From: a virus
Taxonomy: Duplodnaviria; Caudoviricetes
Virus record (IMG/VR): IMGVR_UViG_3300011113_000415
DNA: 64,000 bases
Direction: 5' to 3' (one strand)
The position numbers were made by a program, and so were the translations under genes. Below, in pieces: positions 58,139 through 64,000 of this stretch. Positions within the stretch are counted from its first letter, which is position 1, and the number at the start of each line of letters is the position of its first letter. The notes below the pieces were generated by a model. The model did no database searches. It had not been told where the DNA came from and worked only from the letters and a program-made list of their open reading frames with translations.

Positions 58139-58681
58139 ATGAAGAAAATCTTCGCAATCTTGGCCGTGGCCATCTCCGGTACTGCTTTTGCAGCCGATTA
58201 CGTATCAGTTGACGTTGACCACGTCAAGAGCAATCAAGGCTATGCCAACAGCACCGTTCAGTATGTTCGTGCTGGTAAAGAAATTGGTGGCATCCAAGCC
58301 GGCCTACAAAGCCGTACTGCCGTATCCAGTTCTGGTGGCATGTACAATAGTCTTGAATTAACTGGTGGCAAGGCAATTAGCGGATTCACACCATTCGTTG
58401 GTATGGGTTTTGACAATGGTGCTAGTGGTGCCAAGAACGGTGACTATCGTTACACATTGGCTGGCGTAACAACTGGTACTCCAGTGTTAGGCGGATATGG
58501 GTTGGTAGGTTTGAAAACCCGCTTGACCAGTTCAGAAGCAAACATGACTCATCAAACAGTCGCATTTGGTACATATTCGTATCCAGTGTTAAAAGGTGTT
58601 GCAGTCAATTTGAACTTGAGCAAATCATATCAAGACATCAAGGAAAACACTTGGGGTCTAGGAGTTGGCTTTGCATTCTAA
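58139..58681 (+). CDS. Outer-membrane beta-barrel protein
   Basis: Signal peptide (..SGTAFA), alternating amphipathic strands and C-terminal WGLGVGFAF (terminal Phe). Confidence 0.75.
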   Translation: MKKIFAILAVAISGTAFAADYVSVDVDHVKSNQGYANSTVQYVRAGKEIGGIQAGLQSRTAVSSSGGMYNSLELTGGKAISGFTPFVGMGFDNGASGAKNGDYRYTLAGVTTGTPVLGGYGLVGLKTRLTSSEANMTHQTVAFGTYSYPVLKGVAVNLNLSKSYQDIKENTWGLGVGFAF

Positions 58682-58731
58682 AAAGTAACACTTTTTTGTT
58701 ACCCTAAAAAGGTAATACTTTAGTACTATAA

Positions 58732-58755
58732 AACCCTGCCATGTGCAGGGTTTTT
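58732..58755 (+). terminator. Rho-independent terminator
   Basis: AACCCTGC-catgt-GCAGGGTTTTT, near-identical to 23130. Confidence 0.75.
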
Positions 58756-58797
58756 CTTTTGGTTGACTCGAAATATCCAAAATGTTATAATCATAAT

Positions 58798-59031
58798 ATG
58801 AAGTTAGAAATCAATGAAATACTACAGTGGACCGGAGCGGTGTTTATCATTGCAGGCCACAGTCTCAATGCTGTGGGTCCTAGTGTGTACCCTTACAACA
58901 TTCTTGCATTTTTCCTAGGAACAATTTTGTTCATGGGCTGGAGCATTCGTGTTGCAAATAAACCACAGTTGATGGTGAACATTGTGGCCCTGTGCATTGG
59001 AGCATCAGGACTAGTAAAAGCATTTGGTTGA
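58798..59031 (+). CDS. Small membrane protein (leaderless)
   Basis: ATG 6 nt after TATAAT; three hydrophobic segments. Confidence 0.6.
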   Translation: MKLEINEILQWTGAVFIIAGHSLNAVGPSVYPYNILAFFLGTILFMGWSIRVANKPQLMVNIVALCIGASGLVKAFG

Positions 59032-59087
59032 CTCGAAATAGCCGATTTGCTATAATATAGGCATAGTAAGACAAAAAGGAATCCAAA

Positions 59088-59243
59088 ATGAAAGATGAGA
59101 TACTTACAAAGTTGGCAGAAGTTGAAGCCATGCTGTTAGAGGCTACACAAGATGGCCGCCAACTGGCAGAACTAGATTGTTTTAAAGACGTAGAGGATGC
59201 TATGAGCACCCTAATACAAACAGTTGACTATTACGTTGATTGA
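59088..59243 (+). CDS. Small acidic early protein (51 aa)
   Basis: AAGGA RBS and its own promoter; stop lies inside the next -35. Confidence 0.6.
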   Translation: MKDEILTKLAEVEAMLLEATQDGRQLAELDCFKDVEDAMSTLIQTVDYYVD

Positions 59244-59297
59244 CTCGAAATTACCGATTTGTTATAATACTTGTATAGAAACTAACAGGAGCCCACA

Positions 59298-59558
59298 ATG
59301 ACAGAGCAAGAAAACCGTGAAGTCCGTATGTACGGTACCACTGAAGCCGCATTGCGTGAAAGTATTGAGCGTTCAATGACATTCAAAGTCTCTGGGCCTA
59401 CAATGATTGTAGCCGGCATGTTGAGCGATGTACAAGAAATGATGGCATATGGTCCGTATGATAGCGATACACTTGCTAACATCCAGGAAGACCAGCGTCA
59501 ACAACTTAACCGTGCCAAGTGGGTTTTATTTGAATACATGAGCGAGGAAAGAGTATGA
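59298..59558 (+). CDS. Early hypothetical protein
   Basis: CAGGAG RBS and its own promoter. Confidence 0.6.
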   Translation: MTEQENREVRMYGTTEAALRESIERSMTFKVSGPTMIVAGMLSDVQEMMAYGPYDSDTLANIQEDQRQQLNRAKWVLFEYMSEERV

Positions 59559-59704
59559 GCAAAATGAGCGATATCGAAATACAAATCGAAGAACTATTAG
59601 ACCAAGGGCAAACCCCTTTCATGATTGCACAGATGCTGGACATTCCAATTGCATGGGTCTATAGTGTAGAAGAAAATAGCCCTTTTGCAACATCAAACAG
59701 TTGA
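59555..59704 (+). CDS. Small early protein (49 aa, HTH-like)
   Basis: ATGA overlap with the upstream gene; IAQMLDIP..WV pattern; stop lies inside the next -35. Confidence 0.5.
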   Translation: MSKMSDIEIQIEELLDQGQTPFMIAQMLDIPIAWVYSVEENSPFATSNS

Positions 59705-59760
59705 CCAGAAATTCATTTTCGGTTATAATACATTTTTAATTCATCAACTTAGGAGATTTT

Positions 59761-60129
59761 ATGTCTTATTCTTTTGCAGGTACTTCTGTACTAAAAGGTG
59801 AACTCAAAGTTCGTTTTGCTAACTCAGACGCTCGTGCCAAGCAATTGGCCAAACTGGGCGACACTGATGTAAACATTGTTCAGTTGCCACGTGCAATGGA
59901 CAAGGCCGAAGCCGTTGCATACTTGCTAGAGTCTGGCTTTGCCAAAGATGTACTAGTTCGTGCTGTGCTGGAGGCAGAAGTGGCTCCTAAGACCAAAGCC
60001 AAGGCACCTCGTACTGTTCGAGTACGTGCAAAGTCAGTCAAGCCCAAAGCAAAGTCCAAGGTAGATCGCACTGACGCTACTGAAGCCGAAGTAGATGCCT
60101 TGTATGAGGCAGTTTACGGCAACCAGTAA
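59761..60129 (+). CDS. Early protein with a Lys/Arg-rich tail
   Basis: AGGAG RBS and its own promoter; KVRFAN motif. Confidence 0.65.
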   Translation: MSYSFAGTSVLKGELKVRFANSDARAKQLAKLGDTDVNIVQLPRAMDKAEAVAYLLESGFAKDVLVRAVLEAEVAPKTKAKAPRTVRVRAKSVKPKAKSKVDRTDATEAEVDALYEAVYGNQ

Positions 60130-60278
60130 TGATCGTCAACGCCTTTTTTGTTTGGCTCAATTGGCGTATTGCCGATTGGTGCTTTGAAAACAACAGCCCC
60201 GGTTGGGGCTGGGCCAACATCTTTTTCAGTGCCTACAATGGTGCTATAATTGCCTATCAATTGTTTGGTAACATATGA
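60129..60278 (+). CDS. Small hydrophobic protein (49 aa)
   Basis: TAATG coupling; Trp/Phe-rich. Confidence 0.45.
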   Translation: MIVNAFFVWLNWRIADWCFENNSPGWGWANIFFSAYNGAIIAYQLFGNI

Positions 60279-60439
60279 AAATGTCTTTTAGATCTTGGTT
60301 GCAGGAACGCTGGTATGCCCACTGCCTTGAAGTAGAAGAATGGACAGGGCGATTGCCAACTTATCCCATGCAAGAATATTTTGCCAAGTACAAATATTGG
60401 CTCAAACGTGAATATCGTCATCAACAAGGAGAACAGTAA
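60275..60439 (+). CDS. Small hypothetical protein (54 aa)
   Basis: ATGA and TAATG coupling on its two sides. Confidence 0.5.
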   Translation: MKMSFRSWLQERWYAHCLEVEEWTGRLPTYPMQEYFAKYKYWLKREYRHQQGEQ

Positions 60440-60882
60440 TGGGTCTTGACATGTATGCTTACACTGCCGCTCGCGCAGGCCAACAAAATGAATTCTATGA
60501 AGGCGCGGAGTGGGACGCCGAACGCAAAGAGAGTGTGAATCCTGATGTTGCTAAACCACGTGAAATTGCCTACTGGCGCAAGCATCCTAACCTGCATGGT
60601 TGGATGAAACAACTGTGGGAAGACCGTTTGGCCGCCCAGGGCCGAACGCCGGGTCAAAGCCATTTTGGTAGCACCTTTAATGGTGTTGAATTAGAACTCA
60701 CCAGAGAGGATATAGATGCACTTGAGGCGGATATACTTAAAAAACGACTGCCCTCCACATCGGGTTTTTTCTTTGGCGAAGACGCAGATGATTACTACCG
60801 AGAACAAGATCTTGAATTTGTCAAGAAAGCCCGTACAGAATTGTTTATGGGCTTAAAAGTGTTTTATAACTCGTCATGGTAA
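60439..60882 (+). CDS. Conserved phage protein (MGLDMY family)
   Basis: MGLDMY, YWRKHPNLHGWM, GFFFG, YNSSW. Confidence 0.7.
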   Translation: MGLDMYAYTAARAGQQNEFYEGAEWDAERKESVNPDVAKPREIAYWRKHPNLHGWMKQLWEDRLAAQGRTPGQSHFGSTFNGVELELTREDIDALEADILKKRLPSTSGFFFGEDADDYYREQDLEFVKKARTELFMGLKVFYNSSW

Positions 60883-60892
60883 TGCAGTAAAT

Positions 60893-62263
60893 ATGATAGA
60901 CTATACACAAGAAAGGTTCGTGAGAACTGTGAGTTCAGGTTGGATTCGCGATCTTGAATCAAGCGACAGCCGGATTCACAAAGAAAAAACTATCGAAAAG
61001 GCCTTGATGGCCTCTAGGCTGGGTAGTGCCGACGCACAGGCTTTTTTGTTCAACTGCTATCAAGCCTACAATCCTTTCTACACATTCCATGTGAAACAAG
61101 TTCCTGAAGTGTCGGCACAAACAAATCGATCCAATGACTGGCCCAAGTTCTGGGGCTTGTTGGAAAGTTTGCGCACCCGTAGTGTGACAGGTGATGCGGC
61201 TCGACTGGCCATTGAAGAATGCTCCAAGTTGTTTGATACTGATGAATGGAACATGGTATGCCGTCGAGTGATCATTAAAGATCTGCGTTGCGGCATTTCA
61301 GAAAAGACCTTGAACAAAATACTGAGCAATACAGATTGGAAGATTCCGGTGTTTACTTGCCAACTGGCTCAAGACTCCACAGACCAACCTCGCAAACTGC
61401 TAGGTGTCAAACGACTAGAACCCAAATTGGATGGTGTGCGTGTGCTGGCAATGGTACAAGGCATGAACGTGAGTTTGTTCAGTCGCAACGGCAAAGAATT
61501 TGCAAATTTTCCGGAGATTGCTCGAGACATCATGAGACACAGAGATGTGTTTCAACGAAATCTTGGATCCGGTGGCCGCTTTGTGCTGGATGGCGAAGTC
61601 ACCGGAGAAAGTTTCCAGAAACTCATGCGGCAGGCACATCGTAAAAGCGATGCCAAAACCGAGGACATGGTGTACAACATTTTTGACATCATACCCTTGG
61701 ATGACTTTCAACGTGGTTACTGGAATGCACAACAGTACAAACGATTTGAAATTTTGGAACAAGCCTGGGGTCGACTGCAAGACAATCCTTGCAGTTTGAA
61801 AGTGGTCTCAGGCCTGGAAGTGAATTTGGACACAGCAGAAGGTCATGACATCATGCAACGCTATGCTGAAGATTGTGTGGCTGAAGGTTTTGAAGGCATC
61901 ATGATCAAAACTGTGGATGCGCCTTATATCTGCAAACGTTCAGACTATTGGATGAAATGGAAACCGGTTATATCGGTTGATTTGGAAATTGTGGGTTTTG
62001 AACAAGGTACTGGTCGCAATGCCGACCGGTTGGGTGCTATAATTTGTGAAGGAGAAGACAATGACCGTAGAATTCGTGTTAATGTTGGTAGTGGGTTTAG
62101 TGATACTGTTCGTGATGAGTATTGGGCCAATAGGGATCAGTTACTTGGTCACTTGGTTGAAGTCCAAGCGGACGCAGTTACCCAAAACCAAGACGGAACC
62201 TACAGTCTCCGATTCCCAAGGTTCTTGAGATTCCGTGACTTTGAAGCAGGGGAGAAAGTGTGA
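60893..62263 (+). CDS. ATP-dependent DNA ligase
   Basis: EPKLDGVR (motif I), LDGEV, FDII, EGIMIK, KWKP, SLRFPRF. Confidence 0.92.
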   Translation: MIDYTQERFVRTVSSGWIRDLESSDSRIHKEKTIEKALMASRLGSADAQAFLFNCYQAYNPFYTFHVKQVPEVSAQTNRSNDWPKFWGLLESLRTRSVTGDAARLAIEECSKLFDTDEWNMVCRRVIIKDLRCGISEKTLNKILSNTDWKIPVFTCQLAQDSTDQPRKLLGVKRLEPKLDGVRVLAMVQGMNVSLFSRNGKEFANFPEIARDIMRHRDVFQRNLGSGGRFVLDGEVTGESFQKLMRQAHRKSDAKTEDMVYNIFDIIPLDDFQRGYWNAQQYKRFEILEQAWGRLQDNPCSLKVVSGLEVNLDTAEGHDIMQRYAEDCVAEGFEGIMIKTVDAPYICKRSDYWMKWKPVISVDLEIVGFEQGTGRNADRLGAIICEGEDNDRRIRVNVGSGFSDTVRDEYWANRDQLLGHLVEVQADAVTQNQDGTYSLRFPRFLRFRDFEAGEKV

Positions 62264-62454
62264 TGACACCTTTACATGATATTGTACTAGTAGCGGTCAT
62301 GGTAGCACATAGTGCTTTTGGCCCGGCACAACTGGAATACCAATCAGTTGATTATTATAATTCTTGGGCTCGATGTAACCAAGAACAAAAACGATTGAGT
62401 CAAAACAAAGATAAAAAAACTGCATATATTTGTCTAAAAGTTGATAGGTCATAA
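62260..62454 (+). CDS. Small hypothetical protein
   Basis: Coupled ORF; hydrophobic N-terminus, two Cys. Confidence 0.45.
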   Translation: MMTPLHDIVLVAVMVAHSAFGPAQLEYQSVDYYNSWARCNQEQKRLSQNKDKKTAYICLKVDRS

Positions 62455-62682
62455 ATGACAGCACAATCAGCCAATGGTGTTCGCGGACATCTACTAAACT
62501 TGATCGACGGAACTGTAGTGTTTCGTGTGTATGATGCTGAACACAACTTTGTGGACTATGATCTGCATCACAGTGATTTGTGTGTGACCATCGACGATCC
62601 TGATGCATATTTTTATCATCGGGATGGTCAGGACATACTGGATCATGCTCCTATGACATTAGGAATTGAAAATGATACTTGA
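62455..62682 (+). CDS. Small hypothetical protein
   Basis: Abuts the previous stop. Confidence 0.55.
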   Translation: MTAQSANGVRGHLLNLIDGTVVFRVYDAEHNFVDYDLHHSDLCVTIDDPDAYFYHRDGQDILDHAPMTLGIENDT

Positions 62683-62791
62683 AATATTTTTAGCAGGAAT
62701 GATCACTGCCTTTGGGTGGTGGACCAGCACACACTATATTATTGAACCTTATTTTCCACCACCCATTGAAAAGAAAGTGGAACAAAAATGA
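62672..62791 (+). CDS. 39-aa membrane micro-protein
   Basis: AGGA RBS; N-terminal TM; ATGA overlap with the next gene. Confidence 0.45.
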   Translation: MILEIFLAGMITAFGWWTSTHYIIEPYFPPPIEKKVEQK

Positions 62792-63228
62792 AAATCGGAC
62801 TCAGTTACAGTCGTTGTGTTCGTGACATTGTGGACGGTACAGTAGACATCGATGATGTTCTTGTATTAATCACTCGTACAGATTTTGATCCGCATGATGA
62901 CAAGCAATGGTCGGGCATTTGGATTGGTTACGGCGGTGGCACGGACAATGGATACACTACAGGATTCTTTAGTCAGAGCAATCCTGAATGGGCTGGTTAC
63001 CACGACGAAGACCGTTTCCGTAGTGTCAGTATCGAACTTTGGGAAACAGGTAAGTTGCACCAACCACGTAAGTTTGGTGTAAAGCCTGCTCGTCGTCCTG
63101 AAATATGGTTGGAAACTGTGTTACCTGATTCAGAGATGATGAATCGTCCCGCAGTGAAAGATGCCTGGGACCAGTTCCAGACCATTGCAGGTTTGACCAA
63201 CACCAAACTGGATCGAGAATACAGATGA
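62788..63228 (+). CDS. Conserved hypothetical phage protein
   Basis: MKIGLSYSRCVRDIV and KLHQPR motifs. Confidence 0.6.
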   Translation: MKIGLSYSRCVRDIVDGTVDIDDVLVLITRTDFDPHDDKQWSGIWIGYGGGTDNGYTTGFFSQSNPEWAGYHDEDRFRSVSIELWETGKLHQPRKFGVKPARRPEIWLETVLPDSEMMNRPAVKDAWDQFQTIAGLTNTKLDREYR

Positions 63229-63240
63229 AGGAGAACAAGA

Positions 63241-64000
63241 GTGCCTAAAAAACCCAAAACAGCAAAAGTAGAAACTGTAAATCCTGAGCATGACAAACTC
63301 CTGGAGGTGCTAAAGTTTACTCCACGTACCTACAAGATCAGCATGTGGGGTTATGGTGGCGAAAAAGTCATGGGCACAGTGGATAAGAAAGTTTGGGACT
63401 ACTGCATGGAGCATCAAGTTGACTTGTCTGACATTGCCTGGGGCGATGAAGATACAGTTACGAGCATGGGTCTTGATCCTGACATGTTGCCATTCTCTGC
63501 AGGGTCATGGTATGAGTGTGACGACCTAGCGCACACCAATGGTGTAAGTCGCGATGCTGGCACATTAGAAATTCAAGACGAGCATGGCAATACAGTTTTC
63601 CAGAGAAGTCTAGAAGATTGTAACAACGACGACGAAGATAACCCGGAGTGGTCATGTAGTGACGAAGTATGGGTTGGTCGAGCCGAAGCAGGTAAGGTTG
63701 TGTTTGTTGGTAGCAGTAACGAAAAAGGCACATTCTATGAGTCGGATGTTGAACTTCGACAACCATTTGATATTACCAAATTAACACTATGCTACGAAGA
63801 AATCGACGGTGAAGAAATTGTCAATGGTGTAATATACGATGGCGAAGAACTTGACAACTGGGGTGGTAGCACAGATGGTAAGAGTTCAGACTTTACCATG
63901 TGTTTGGTCAAAGAAAATGGCGAGTGGGATCGTTACGAACCAGAAGAAAAAGACTGGGGTCATCCTCCACATGGTACTAGTCCAAGTACCTGGGAAAGTT
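63241..64000 (+). CDS. Acidic hypothetical protein (3' truncated)
   Basis: AAGGAG RBS and GTG start; frame stays open to the window end (absent from the track because it has no stop). Confidence 0.6.
   Translation, partial: MPKKPKTAKVETVNPEHDKLLEVLKFTPRTYKISMWGYGGEKVMGTVDKKVWDYCMEHQVDLSDIAWGDEDTVTSMGLDPDMLPFSAGSWYECDDLAHTNGVSRDAGTLEIQDEHGNTVFQRSLEDCNNDDEDNPEWSCSDEVWVGRAEAGKVVFVGSSNEKGTFYESDVELRQPFDITKLTLCYEEIDGEEIVNGVIYDGEELDNWGGSTDGKSSDFTMCLVKENGEWDRYEPEEKDWGHPPHGTSPSTWES

Larger units (their letters stand above)
58763..59729 (+). repeat. Four repeated early-promoter cassettes
   Basis: TTGAC..GAAAT..17-nt spacer..TATAAT at 58763, 59028, 59240 and 59701. Confidence 0.85.

Noticed and set aside
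58763-59729. Repeats with unique spacers resembling a CRISPR array
   Set aside because: The repeats are sigma70 promoters, the spacers are 180-430-nt ORFs of unequal length, and no cas genes are present.
1-64000. Stop-codon reassignment as seen in some jumbo phages
   Set aside because: Core genes are full length in the standard code, and TAA, TAG and TGA all end genes at coupled junctions.
1-64000. tRNA, rRNA, integrase or transposase genes
   Set aside because: Intergenic gaps are short and accounted for by promoters and terminators; no cloverleaf or T-loop motifs and no recombinase motifs were recognised by eye (tRNAscan-SE would be decisive).

Overview
This 64-kb window is a segment of a large T4-like (jumbo) myovirus genome read in the standard genetic code. 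The host is most likely a Gram-negative bacterium, probably a betaproteobacterium, inferred from IscU/IscA, an outer-membrane beta-barrel and a PxPV-type secreted protein. Core phage genes: terminase large subunit (5' truncated), gp32 SSB, UvsX, UvsY, UvsW, gp62-like clamp loader subunit, primase, replicative helicase, PD-(D/E)XK exonuclease, NrdA, NrdB, glutaredoxin, DNA ligase, PAAR spike tip and several head/tail proteins. Between these core genes sits an unusually large set of enzymes: seven radical SAM proteins (five with an N-terminal Cys-rich twitch-like domain, two cobalamin-dependent type), phage-borne iscU-iscA, a ~9-kb glycosyltransferase/methyltransferase cluster, a sulfotransferase, an SDR, two SGNH proteins and an isocitrate lyase between nrdA and nrdB. 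Other highlights: a 185-aa protein keeping the catalytic motifs of C-family (DnaE) DNA polymerases; a head polyprotein of modules separated by protease-type E|G/S sites; a nucleotidyltransferase/ligase-like fusion; repeated sigma70 early-promoter cassettes; and many TAAATA late promoters giving near-leaderless mRNAs. No tRNA, rRNA, CRISPR array or integrase was recognised. All family calls are from motif recognition by eye, without database searches.
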